From assembly GCA_013239625.1 (NCBI GenBank), contig MU054049.1, positions 1,801,892 through 1,865,891 on the forward strand: a stretch of 64,000 bases of DNA, in the 5' to 3' direction. The notes under the pieces were generated by a model that was not told the DNA's origin, made no database searches, and saw only the letters and a program-made list of their open reading frames with translations. The translations under genes were made by a program, and so were the position numbers. Below are positions 1 to 12,559 of this stretch, piece after piece; positions within the stretch are counted from its first letter, which is position 1, and every line of letters starts with the position of its first letter. Source of the stretch: Lama guanicoe (Eukaryota).

Positions 1-659
1 TGGATCCTGCAAAATAGCTCAAGAATGTGATTCAGGGTCATCTTTCCCTTTGAAACAGAACAGGGAGTCTTTATAACTGATTTAGGGTCTCTGACATGGT
101 TAATTTCCCAGTTTGGTCATAGCTGTTTGTTCTTAGATTCTTGGGTCCTTTAAAGTTCCTTCATTAAATATCAGGACCCATTCTTCTGCAAAGGTGAGTA
201 TTGTGGCCAGGGTTGGATCACAAAATGGCTTAGTCCTAAAATGGCTTCTCTTATGTCGAGAAAGCTATGCCTTGTTCTCTTCCTCCAGGGACCCCTTACC
301 CTATCTAGCTTCTGCCTCTTCACCCTGGCTCCTCCCATGCCCCAGCCTGACTTCTCACCTGCTTCACACCCTCTCCTAGAGAGGGCACAATCCAGGAGGC
401 CGTGGCTCCCATAGACTTCTCCAGATAAGTGCTCCAGGGAAGTTCAACTTCCAACCCTCTTAAACTCTCTCCTTTTGGGCTTGGTGGGTGGTGATCTATG
501 GATGAAAACTTCATTAATTCAGGTCCCAATGGCTTAGAGTCAGTCTATGATCATTCATTCTCAAGATATGTTCATATTAACCTTAACAATCTATGTTCAT
601 GATTGTTTTAAAGCAAACATTAAAATCAGTAATAAGGAAAAGGGACACTTTAAATTAAA

Positions 660-1880
660 CTTCTTATTTTGAGATAATGGTAGGTTCACTTGCACTTGTG
701 AGAAATAACACAGAGAGTTCCTGTGTGCTCTTTAACCAGTTCCCTCCTGTGGTAACATCTTGCAAACCTATGGTTCAATATCATAATCAGGGTAGCGACA
801 TTCTATATATAGAACATTTCTATCACCACGAGAATCCCTCATGCTGTCCTTTCACAGCCATATTTTTTAAAAATTTTAGCCATTCTGATAAGTATGGAGG
901 GACATCTCATTATGTTTTATTTTGCATTTCTCTGACAGCTAATGAACAACTTTTCATGTGCTTGTTTGCCATCTGTGTATCTTGTTCAGTGAAATGTTTC
1001 TGCATGTCTTTTAGCCCCTTTCTAATTGGATTGCTTTTTTTTAAACTGTTGAGTTTGAGAGTTCTTTATATAGTCTAAGTGCTAGTCCTTGGTCTTCTGT
1101 GGTTTGTAAATACTTTCTCCTAATCTAGAGCTTCATCCTCTTAATAGGGTCTCTCACTGAGCTAGAGTTTTTAATTCTGATGAAGTCCAATTTATCAATT
1201 TTCCATTTTATACCTGGTGCTATGGTTTCCAGTGGAAGAATTTTATGCTTAGCCCTAGATCTTGAATATTTTCTCCTCTATTTTTTTTAAGTTTTCTAGT
1301 TTTACTTTTTATATTTAAGCCTATCATCCATTTTGAGTTAGTTTTTGTATAAGGGGTGAAACCATTTTGAGGTTCATTTTTTAAAAAATTTTTATTGAAG
1401 TATAGTTGATTTACAATGTTAGTCTCAGGTGTACAGCAAAGTGATTCAGTCATACATATACCTACATGTATGTATTGTCTTTTCAGATTCTTTTCCATTA
1501 TATGTTATTACAAGAAATTGAGTATAGTTCCCTGTGCTATACAATAGGTCCTTATTGTTTAACTATTTTATATATAGTAATGTGTGTCTGTTAATTCCAG
1601 ACTCCAAATTTATCCCTCCCTGCTCTTTCCCTTTTGGTAACCATAGCTTGTTTTCTATGTCTGTGAGTCTGTTTTTGGTGTGTAAATAGAATTTGTATAA
1701 TTTTTTTCTAGATTCCACATATAGGTGATATGATATTTGTCTTTCTCTGTCTGACTTACTTCATTCAATATGATAATCTCTAGGTCCATCTCTGTTGCTG
1801 CAAATGACATTATTTCATCCTTTTTATGACTGAGTAATATTCTGTTGTATAAATATACCACAACTTCTTCAAAATGGATT

Positions 1881-1911
<31 letters not shown>

Positions 1912-2210
1912 CTTTTTTTTTTTTTTGGTATTTTTTTTTGCCTGCAGTTGCCCAATTGTTCCACACCAATTGTTGAAAAGACTATCCTTCCTCCATTTAA
2001 TTGGTTCTACACCTTTGTCAAAACTTAACTGGGCATATTTGTGTGGTTCAGTCTCTGGGTTGAACTTTATTGAAATACAATTCCCATACCATACAATGCA
2101 GTCATTTAAAATGTACCTATCATTCAATGGTTTTTAGTTAATTCAGAGTTGTGCAAACCATCACTGCAGTCCATTTTAGAACAGTTCAACACTGCCAAAA
2201 GAAATCAAAA
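660..2210 (-). mobile_element. Old L1 (L1MC/L1MB-like) fragments interrupted by a younger L1 3' end (~1380-1870)
   Basis: gagataatggtaggttcacttgcacttgtgagaaataacacagagagttcc 3' UTR. Track ORF 1655..1969 shows L1 C-terminal text ([25 protein letters not shown]). Confidence 0.85.
1881..1940. repeat. (TG)4(TA)11 microsatellite plus poly-T
   Basis: Read directly from the sequence. Confidence 0.95.
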
Positions 2211-3349
2211 GGGGCACTTTAACCACCTTAAGAAAAAGAAGTGGTTTCAAGACCTATGGCATAGTAAAATTTGTCTGTGGGTGCCCTAAAAAGTGGAGAA
2301 CAGGCCTCTTCTGGCAAACCAGTGCTGTATCAGTAGTCTGACCATAGGCCTGGAGTGGTCAGCTCCACCAGAAGTTTCCAGAAGCACTTTGACAAGCTCC
2401 CCACAGTCACAGCTGCCTCCCGGAGACCTCACTTGCCCCCCAGCATTGGGCCCTGGCCCCCAACTTCCAGAGGGCAGGCCTAAGTTTTCATCCTAGGAAG
2501 ATGAACGGCCACTGCGAAGCCTCTGCGCTCCCACCAACTCCGCCTCCAGCTGACTGGTTACACTCTGCCCCAGGCCGGATGGAGCCCGGCTCGGAAATGG
2601 AGTCAGGGGGCGGGTGCAGGGGCTGACTTGGGCTTCTGTTTGGAGCAGCAGGATGCAGATACAAGTTCAGCACCCAGCCTCCAGCAGCATCGGAGGCGCC
2701 TCCCCAAGCAAGCCCCACGGGGAATCACAGACTGGTCGTAGGAATGAAGGAAACAGCCTTCCAGGCTTCGCTCTCTTTCCGGGCTCAGGCACCTGCCACT
2801 TTGCCTGACTTAGGCATCCCTGCCCTGTCACCTCACAGGCGGCTGCACCTCAGGCCCCTCTGCCCCAGCCCTCTGGCTCTGACGAGCTTCTACTTTTCTG
2901 GGTCCTCTTCAGCAAGGGAAGCTTCCCTCTGAGGAGGCCTTTGGCAGTCCCCTTCTGGGGTGAAAGGAGGGTGTGCAGAGGGCGTGGGGAGCCTGTGCCT
3001 GCTCCCATTCCACTTGCTCATCATCACCACCACCACCACACTGGCCTCGATTTCCTGTCCCCCTACTCCGGGTGTAGACTCCATGGGGCAGGCATCCGGG
3101 CACATGAACCGCTGCCGCCCCGGATGCCGCTAACGTGCTGGCCTCCGGTGGGCCAGCCGATATCAACCAGTGGACTTGGGAGCTGGGGGAGTCCCTCGAG
3201 AGGTGGGGTGCAGAGATAAAAGGGCCTTTGGGCTAGGGCCCTGAACCATGAGTAAGAGTTTTATAGGCGGTGGACCGGGCAAGCAGACAGAAGCAGCAGG
3301 ACGGAAAGCACGGGGGTGGCGATCTTGCCTGTCTGTTTGAGGGGTACGG

Positions 3350-3359
3350 GTGTGTGTGT

Positions 3360-3406
<47 letters not shown>
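3350..3406. repeat. (GT)n microsatellite: (GT)5 G (GT)23
   Basis: Read directly from the sequence. Confidence 0.98.
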
Positions 3407-3408
<2 letters not shown>

Positions 3409-3496
3409 GGACGCGATTTACGCACAAGGACCCAGCATCGGGGACCTGGGACGGAGCCCCGCGCGCGCCGCGGGGGCTGTCAGGGGCCGACCTCGG

Positions 3497-3511
3497 GCTC
3501 CCCCTAGTGGT
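3497..3511 (-). promoter_or_regulatory. CTCF-like core motif
   Basis: Minus strand ACCACTAGGGGGAGC versus consensus CCAC(C/T)AG(G/A)(G/T)GGCGC. Confidence 0.6.
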
Positions 3512-6149
3512 AATGCCTCGCAGTGCGCCCCAGTGAAGACCCTACGTCTGGGCTTAAAAAGACCCCTTCCCGCATTTCCGCGTCCGCCTTTTCCACTTCC
3601 TCGCTCCACCCCCACCAGGCGCGCTTGGCTGAGAACACCCCTCTTAAGGAGGCTCTGAGCCGAGGCACCGCATTACAGCGGGCGCTCGGCTGTAAAACCT
3701 CACGTCTCTTCTGTGCTGCCAGAGCCAGGCCCCCGCCCCACGCCTGCTCTGAGCTGGTGGGCGCCTCGCTGTTTGGAGGTGCGGAAGGCGGCGATCCTTT
3801 GTTGAAATGGGCGCTTGGGAGGCAGGCCTGCACCTACTCCTGATGAACTTCATCAGGAAGTATCCCGGGAAATCCAATGCAGGCCCCTGATGTGGAGAGA
3901 CACGGCCAGCGCTGTAAGAAAGCCGCTACTCTCTTAAGAGGGGGCTGAGTTTCCTGTAAAACGGAGACAGGCAGCTAAATTTCACGCACCAGGTGAGCAC
4001 TTGGGTATGGGGGTGCCTCCTAGGCAGAGTCAGACAGCCTGAACGTCAGGCTTGCCAGCTTGGGGACTCAGGATGTGGACAGATGTATCAGGGAGGGCTT
4101 CCTGGACAAGAAGTGAAGGATGTTGGAGTCAAGGACAGTGTGGTGGGCAGTGTCTTGAAGGCAAGTGAGGGTCTGGCAGGTATGGGGACATGGTTGGAGG
4201 TGGTTCTGCGTGGCCAGGCGTCTAGTTCCCCAGAGCAAGAGTCGGAATGGAGACTCAGGCAAGCCCAAGGGGGGAAGGGCCTTTAATGTTCCAGCTGACG
4301 TCTGTGTCCTCAAAGCTCTGTGGAGCCTCTTCGGAGTTTAAGTAGGGGACATGGTCAGATTTTGTTTTAGAAAAAATCATCTGGAAGGTGATGGAGGACT
4401 GGTAGGAAGCAAGGCAGAGGCAAGGAGGGAGCACACCCCCTCCCCCCCAATTAAGGAGACAGCTGGTAAAGCCTGTGTGAACTGCAGTTGTACCCCGGGG
4501 GCCTAGGGAAGAGCCACCCATGGCAGAATATTATGGGAGTGGCATCCGCTGGGCTAGGGGCAGTGCGTAGGGATGAAGGAGGAGTTAGGTGTGCCCAAGA
4601 CCCCCCATGCCTCTCCAAGAGATGGTTATCACCTCTGGGCCATAATATTCTTTGAGACCAAGAGAATTGTGTTTCCTCATTGCCCTTGGAGAAAATAGTA
4701 TGAGCTCAATGGGGCTTGCGTGGTGGCTTCAGAATATTTAGGTCACTCTCAACAGGGTCATAGAGCCCTCAGCCCTGAACATGCAGAGAAGGCAAAACAG
4801 AGGAACCAAAAGAATTGAAGTGGTTAACAAATCAGACAGAAGATCCAGGCACTGAGTTCTTTTTTAGAGTCAAGATTTTTTTTTTTTTTTACAAATTGCA
4901 ATTCAAGAGATTTTCATTATCGAAAAGTTGGAAAGTGCAACAAGTTATAAGAGGAAAAATATTCATATCTTTTCATTCAACCACTTATTTGAGTTTGAAG
5001 GGTTTTCCTTCCTTTCTTACTGTCAGCAGCCTTAAGTGAGTAGGCCATGGGGCCCAGGCCAAAGTTCACAATAGCTTGCACCTGAAAAGAGGTAAATGTA
5101 CGCATGAGCTAGTAGCACCAGTCCGTGTTAAGAACAATAGGCATGCGCGGGCGTAAAAAAAAAAAAAAGGACAAGTGCCTACGGCTAAGCGCTGGCCACC
5201 AGCTTGTACTGCAATGAAGTGCTGTTTTGCTCCATGTGGTATCCGCGCATTACGTTGGCTCCTTGCGCCTTTTTCCAGTTGGGCATCTCACTTCATCGAA
5301 TCCCTCTCCAGCCTCCCTTGGCTGACACTTGATATAGTTTTCAAGTTTCTGACACAGTTGTGGTTAGACTGTCTTCCCAATTTGCAGTCAGTTTTCACTT
5401 AAGAATATCCCAAAGGCATTGCCCATTAGGTTAACAAACTCTTCTAGGTCACGTTAAACGTGGCAGTGGTGAACAGCTCACCCCAGTCCTGGCCTGCCAG
5501 GTTCAGCTTAAACCCTGAACCCTAAACTCCAGTGAATGTACCTATTAGGAATGCAAATACGACTTGGTTGACTTGCCTTTTGCATGATAACAAAAGTTAA
5601 GAAACCTGGCTTCCAAACTCTTATTAATTCCTTTTTTTTTTTCCCCTGGAAAAGATTTGGGCAACTATAAGCACAGTGATTTAGAAACTACAGCAGTGTC
5701 ATTAACTTCCAGTGGAAGCAAGGAGGAAGTGTGGGCTGAGGTTAGTTAAAAAGATTCAGATAGTCTGTTGTATTGTATGAAATGTGTGGGCTAATCAATG
5801 TGAGTTTTGGTTTCGTTTAAATTGATTTCATAAGGAAGAACTGAGCTATTGACACATGGTTGGGTAGAGACATTGTCTTATTATTTAAACCCCACCAAAA
5901 AAAAAAAAAAAGAGTTTGCAGTGTATTCTTAGTGGTTGAGCCAGGAGAAGGAAAGAGGGATCTGTCATTACTCACACTGTGAGTGACAGCTAGAAAGAGG
6001 GGGCTCTGCTGACCTTTAAGGGAACTTTAGGGAGCAGGCCTTATGTTTTGAGCTCAGACTCGGGAGCACAAATATTCAACATTTCCTAGGAATTGTGCGC
6101 CATCATGGTCTATGTCCTTGCTCTCGGGTTAGTGGGGAGGGTCTCAGAA

Positions 6150-6272
6150 CCAGAAGCATTGGCATCACCTGGGAGCCTGTTAGCAGGCTCCACCCCAGGC
6201 CGCCTGAATCAGAATCTGTAATTAAACAGAATCCCCAGGTGATACTCACATTCAGTTTGGGAAGCACTGCTC
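6150..6272. mobile_element. MER5A-like hAT-Charlie DNA transposon fragment
   Basis: gcattggcatcacctgggagcctgttag...ctgaatcagaatctg...ccccaggtgat...agtttgggaagcactg. Confidence 0.8.
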
Positions 6273-8857
6273 TCTGTACCATCCAGAATCCTGCAGCTTT
6301 TTTCCTTCAGAAAAATGACACCCTACGTCCGGCTGTTAACCGGGGGACCAACTTCATGGCTTAACTTTTGGTTATTAAATAGCTTGAACAAAAACTCCCA
6401 TCTTGACTATACATTCAAGAATTCCAGTCTTTGGAACCATCTTTCCTTTTTCTTCTTGAGGAAAGTACGTTTCTCCCAAGTGCCACTGGGGAGTGTTCTC
6501 TGCTGTGACTGTAACGGAAGATCACAGGAATATGGACTGTGAGGGCCTTGCCTGAGTGATTGACAGCAAGTCTTGTCTCCTTAGGAAGGTTTTGCATCGT
6601 ATGTTCTGCATACGTAGTTGTAAAGTTTTTATTGTTAAGCATTCTTCTCTTGGGCTTATCATCCTTCCAAGATGATACCATGGACCAGATCCCAACTCAT
6701 AGAAACGGACCAGCCTGTGGCTGGAGGTGGATGGACAGTCCCCCTGTTGAGGGCATAGCCGAAGAAACAAGTCTCTGAGAAGGCTGAGGACCTGTGCTCT
6801 TAATTCCTTGGTAGTTAAGGAGATGCTGAACTCATCACCTCCTAACTCCTGGGAGCTCTGTCCTTTACTCCAATTCATCAGGGCCTATTGCTTTATCATA
6901 GAAGAACAGCCATGATAAAAGAGGTGACCAAGGACTTAAGTCTAAGCCCCAGATCTGTCACTGTGTCATCCTGGTCAAGTCAGAATCTCTCTAGCGTGGG
7001 ATGAAACAGCCCAATGTGAATTATTCGTTATGCCTCGGAAGTGGGACAAAGGTGTGCATCAGTCTTATGAGAGACTGTTTTTAGTCTTTAAGATCTGACC
7101 CCTTCTGCTACGGATGGGTGGCAGGTGTATGATGGCTTTTGCTTTGATGAATTATAGTTTCCTTTGCTATTTCTGATAATATTGTAGCTTAGCTGTGTCT
7201 GAACACTAACACCGATTTACAAGATACATGAGTCATCACGGAAGAGCCCCGAAGAGGGAAGCAGGGCTTAATAAACCAGTCCCTGGATGGGAGCCTAACA
7301 GTATCCTTCTCCAAAGAGCGTGGCCAGGCCCGCAGCCAGGCATTAGTCAGGGGTTGTCAGAGGTCTGCGTGCGAAATGTAAATGCGACCTGAATGCACTA
7401 ACGTCCTCCTGCTTCTGATGAGGAGATTCTCACTTCACTGAGATTCTGCTGTGTGCCAGAGAATGTGCTGGGGACCTGATCCCTGCCCTCAAGAGGCTCA
7501 CAGTGGAGACAGAGACACAAACAGGAAACTACGACCCAGTATGCTAAGCCATGTCTGGTGGAAAACGCAGGGCCCAGAACCTGAGAAAAGAAGTTGACAC
7601 TGGCGTTAGAGCTGACACAAGATGAATCAAGAGGCAGCAGAACAACAGAAATCTAGACTACATAGTGAGGCAACGGGGTCCTAAAAAGGAAAAAAAAAAT
7701 TAGCTTACAGAGGCCAAAAGGAACCTCCGAGTCTCCCCGACACTGCAAGTGTTTTGCAGGAGCGCTGGCTCTTACTACCAGGTTCGGGAGGGAAGGCTTT
7801 CAGATGCGAGAGAGGAGTTAGTAGGGGTCCTGGTTTCCGGTCCTGGCATCGGTGCTCTCTCTGCTGAGTTTCTCAGTTCAGTTTCCTTCTCTGAAAATAA
7901 GTTTAGATCAGGTGATCTCTGCAAGCTTCTTTCTGGATGGGTCATCCTCTGGCTTCTTAATATTTGAAAGTGGTGCCGAGTTGCATCACCTCAGATGTTC
8001 ACTGCAAGTCATCTCCCTGTATGCATTGTGGTATCACTTTATGATATAATTTAGCTTGGCTCGTGTACCCATCGTACATAACAGACTACAAAGCTGTACA
8101 TATTAAAAAAAAAAAAGTGGCTTGGGGGATGCGACCCAGGATGAAAAATGAAATCTTTTTTAACTCTTGTCTGCTTGTCATGCAAAGGGAACCCAAGGCT
8201 GTCCTGGGATGGGACGGGTGAGGACCATGTATCCTTCACAAACCCTACCCTTTTCCCACCATCCTTAGAGTACAGCATGTAAAATGAGGATGCGCATTAG
8301 TTAACTGGAATCTGAAGAGGATGTCCAAGTTCCACCTCCACTGGACCTGAGCCACACTCACTAAGCAATGACACAAGACCCGAAGCAGGCAGAGTGGGAA
8401 CTGAGCACGTCAACAAGGCACTGGAATTTTGAAGGGCTCTCAGCAAAAGAAGCCACCAGCCTCTTCATCTTAACAAAGCCTGCCAGGCCAGGGGAGTTGT
8501 GTCTTTTCCTCTAAGTATCGGTTTTGTCTTCTGAGTTAAAAAGCAAGCAACAGCCTGTGCCTGCCTTTAAAAATAAAGAGAACACCCCAAATGAAAGACC
8601 AGCCAAAAAGCAAAAGGAAAAAGACAGTAACATAAAAATCTATGAAGTGGTTGTATCGATGGAGGAGGGAAGCGGATATTGTTGAGGGTAATGGGGAAGA
8701 AGTCCTCATCTGACAGATGTTCAGAGTTTTCCAGTTGGCTCTGCGCTCACTGCTGGGCACTCAGAGATGAAACAGCCAGTCGCTGTTGTGCTAACGCAGA
8801 GGGAGGAGGCAGAGAGGTACCCACATAGATAAGAACCAAACCTAGTGCTGAGAACTC

Positions 8858-9010
8858 TATTCTTACCACTTAGAGTGTTGGCCACGGACAGGCAGCAGCA
8901 ACATCACCTGGGGGTTTGTTAGAAATGCACAGTCCTTGGCTCCAGAATCTGAATCAGAATCAGAATCCGCATTTTAACAGGAACTCTGAAGTTTTAGGAG
9001 CCCGGCTCTA
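8858..9010. mobile_element. MER5A-like hAT-Charlie fragment
   Basis: gcagcaacatcacctgggggtttgttagaaatgca...ctgaatcagaatc...gcattttaacag. Confidence 0.75.
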
Positions 9011-9714
9011 GGTGGTGAGGGGCTGTGGGTAGCATGGGGTTGGAGGAGAAGGACTGACTGGCTGAGAAGGTCCGGGAGGGCTTCCCGGAGGAAGTCACAT
9101 TTGGGCTGGGTCTTCAAAGGTGAGTAGGAACTTGCTGGTTTGAAAAGAGTAGGGAGGAAATTCCTAGTCGATGAGGAGCAAGATGAAAAGGCAGCAGACG
9201 GAGAGGGGAGACTGAACTGGAAACACAGGCTGGAATCTGGATTTGAAGATGTTTATCAGCCATATTAAGGAACTTATGTTTCTTTGTTTCCTAAGGATGG
9301 AAGTCAAGGAGGGATAACATTCTTTGGGCCCCGTGCTAATATTGAATCAGTGGCAGGGTGTTCAGGACACACCTGTTGTGCTAAAGCAGAAGGTGGAGGC
9401 AGAGAGCTACCTGGCTACCGACGACCTTGTTCACAGTGGCAGTATGTTCTCGGGGCAAACTAGTGCCCTCCAAGTTTGTTCACAGAGGATGGGAGTTTCT
9501 GTGAATTTGAAAAGAAATAAAAGAAAAAATTTCCATCTAAGCGCATTTTTTTTCCTGAAGGTAATAAAGGCAAGGAAATGATTAATTCCTCTAAATGGTA
9601 TTAAACCAAAACATATTTTTTTACACATTTTAAACACAAATTACAAAGGGACTGGAAATTAATTTTTCTTAGCGACAAAATAGCAAGTGTTTAATCTTCT
9701 AAACAACCCCATGA

Positions 9715-10230
9715 TTCATAGCAGCACATTTACAATAGCCAAGACATGGAAACCACCCAAATGTCCATTGACAGATGACTGGATAAAAAAGTTGTGGTAT
9801 ATTTATACAGTGGAATACTACTTAGCCATAAAAAGAATAAAATAATGCCATTTGCAGCAACATGGATAGACCTGGAGATTGTCATTCTAAGTGAAGTAAG
9901 CCAGAAAAAGAAAGAAAAATGCCATATGATATCACTTATATGTGGAATCTTAAAAAAAAAAGACGCAAATGAACTTGTCTACAAAACAAAAACAGACTCA
10001 CAGACATAGAGAACAAACTTATGGTTGCCAAGGGTTAAAGGGGATGGAAAGGGATAGACTGGGAATTCAAAGATTGCACCCCTTGGGGAGTGATGGAAAT
10101 GTTAGGTATTTTGATTGCGGTGGTGATTTCATGGGTGTATACATCTATCAAAACTCATCAAATTGTACATCTGAAATCTGTGTAGTTTAGTGTACAGGAA
10201 CCATATCACAATAAAGGTGTTTTTAAAAAT
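9715..10230 (+). mobile_element. L1 ORF2 end/3' UTR fragment adjoining an older L1ME-like 3' end
   Basis: tttacaatagccaagacatggaaaccacccaaatgtcc; track ORF reads MPFAATWIDLEIVILSEVSQ. Confidence 0.85.
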
Positions 10231-10662
10231 CCATATAGTTAAAGAATTAGATAAATAGTTTTGAAATAGTTCATTTTACTTTGAATAATAAAGTATATTG
10301 TGATTAAAAATAAAACATCAAAAGCCAAAGCAGGTAGAGAAGACTTGCCTCACTTTAGCTGAAATTCAGTTCTAACTCAGGACCCACGGTCTGGCGTTCT
10401 GATAAGGATGGTTGATCAGTGCATCAGACCAGATGAATGATGAATTGTTGCCTAGGATCCTGGCTCTGAGTGTGACACCATCCCCGTCCAGGCCCAGATC
10501 TGCCTTCATCTTCCAACTGGCTGGATCCTTTCAACAATGAGCCAGAGAAACCCGCAGGGCTTTTAAACTGGCAGAAAACATTCATCCTACTCTGCTGTTA
10601 TAATGGTTATTGATTTCTTAAGTGGTCCTCTGCATGTGGAATAAGACAGTGCATCAGATCTA

Positions 10663-10738
10663 GCGTGGATAATCCAGACACCTCCCACTTCTACAGATAA
10701 GCGTGGATAATTCAGACACCTCCCGCTTTTACAGATAA
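10663..10738. repeat. 38-bp tandem duplication (2 copies, 3 mismatches)
   Basis: gcgtggataatccagacacctcccacttctacagataa / gcgtggataattcagacacctcccgcttttacagataa. Confidence 0.95.
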
Positions 10739-10879
10739 ACAGGTCCTGGCAACTGAAGATGCCTTATTGTAGCAAAAGCCCTTGGGCCATCAGGACTGTT
10801 AACTGGAGGGTAAAGTGTGTGAGGGGTAAAAAGCAGAGCAGTAGCAGGTAGAACCGAATCAGGCTGCAATGTGTGGAAG

Positions 10880-11110
10880 TGACAAAAAAGTAACCACTAG
10901 TTACTAATTAGTACCCACTAAATGCTGGCCCGGTAATGAATGCTTTCAAGAGCCCACCTCTAATTCATTCCCCAGCCCTATGAGATAGCTGTCCTTAGCC
11001 CCGGTTTTAAAGCCCAGGGATCCGTGAAGGTGGTGTCAGGATCCCACAGCCAGGATGTGCATAGTTAGGATGCAAATCCAGGTCAGACTTACTGCTGACC
11101 ACAGCCCACT
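10880..11110 (-). mobile_element. MIR SINE
   Basis: cagccctatgagatagctgtccttagcccc...ggatgcaaatccaggtcagact. Confidence 0.55.
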
Positions 11111-12559
11111 ACCCCCCGCTCCCTGGAGTGGACTGCACTGTCTCTCAAGAGCCTGCAAGTTTGTTGAGCCTTCAGAAAATTTACCAAAACAGCCAAACAG
11201 ACAAAATCCCCATCGATAGAACAATTTATGGAACAGTGATTGTTACATTCTATAAAATTTGTTAATTACATAAGTGTATATATTAATCATTTCCTTTAAA
11301 AAAGCTTCACTGTACAAAAGCCTCAGCACAGGCTTTACCCATCCAGCTTTAAACTGCACTTAAGATGATCTGTTTAGATATTTAGTCTGTAGTTTTTCTG
11401 GAACACAGTTTCCATGTCTCCAGTTTACAGATGAATGAGTATTTCACATAAATGCAAATCTGTGGATCCATTTGGTTCCTTGAGACACTAGTAATAGTGA
11501 TCAGTGAGCATCTATCTGTCACTTACTGGTTAAAGATGCTGTATTAATTCCTGGAAGAGAAACTGAGGGACACGGGTCCTGCTCCAAAGAAGTCTCTTTC
11601 CAGCAGGGAGATAAACAAGCAAAGAAGGAAGTCAAAGAGGGTTGTTTGTTTGTTTGTTAATGTTAGCGACAATAGGGAAGAAAATAGATAAAGGTTTTAC
11701 CAGACTAAATAGTATTGAGATGATACTTGTTCTAAAGACTCAGAAAGGAGTAAAGGGATCAGGTGCAGGAAGGTCCAGGAGCTTTGCAGAGCCAAGACAT
11801 GTCACTCGGTTTAGAAGGAAGATAAATGTTGAAAGGTAAAAAGCGAATGTATTTATCAGGCCCCAAACACAGGTATAGAGGAAGGTATATTTAGGGAAGA
11901 GGAAGTGGGCTAATTTGAATTTGAAGAAATGTTTGCAAATAGAGTACAGATTGTTCAATCGGAAAATGCAGGCTGGAGCCCAGCTATGAAGAAAAAGACC
12001 TACGCAGCACTTGGTCTGCCTCTCTTTCGGGGCAGCACCAAAGGTGTTTGCTTTTCCCCCAAACCATCCCATCTACCCCTTAACCCATTCCTTATCTTGT
12101 TTGTCATCTTTTAGTGGTACGTATTTTGGGTTTTGTTTTCTTTTCACATGTCTAGAATATGTGAAAATATACTAGCTTAAACCATTCCAAAGTTTGTTCT
12201 AAGACATCGTAGTAGCCATTTCTCTCTATTTTTTCTTCATGACTTTTCAGAATTACATTGACCTTTCATTTAGGTTACCATGTCCCAAGGGTTGCGTCTG
12301 TTTTCATTTCCAATAACCTCTCTTTACTTCCATTTGCAGTGTTGAATTTCTACAGTTTCTTTTATATGAGTCAAGAAATGTAGAGTTGATAACGATTAGC
12401 CAGGTACATTTTGGATGAAAATTATTCTCAGAATGTAACTAAATTTTAAATCAGTCTTTGAGGTTTGGGATAACTGCAGGATAACCTACATGTATAAGGT
12501 AACCTACAATTATCCGTAAGGTTTTTGATCTACTTAGAACTCTTCCTTCCTTTTCAATA

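Larger units (their letters stand above)
3280..3870. promoter_or_regulatory. CpG-rich island-like region (candidate promoter/insulator)
   Basis: High GC and many retained CpGs (ccccgcgcgcgccgcgggg, ggcgcgc, cccgcccc) in an otherwise CpG-depleted window. Confidence 0.65.

Noticed and set aside
1..260. Possible ERV1-type LTR fragment at the window edge
   Set aside because: There is only a vague resemblance (aaaatggcttctcttatgtc), and it cannot be supported without a Dfam search.
2941..3219. ORF with a His7 tract
   Set aside because: It comes from a short (CAC/CAT) triplet run, has a non-ATG start, and shows no other coding evidence.
3233..3658. ORFs with (CV)n or (TH)n runs
   Set aside because: These are translations of the (GT)n microsatellite.
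2300..3900. OGDHL first exons
   Set aside because: Synteny makes OGDHL the expected neighbour, but I found no OGDHL coding sequence or convincing first-exon donor in the window, so no symbol is assigned.
10663..10738. CRISPR-like repeat
   Set aside because: Only two adjacent units with no spacer, in mammalian DNA.
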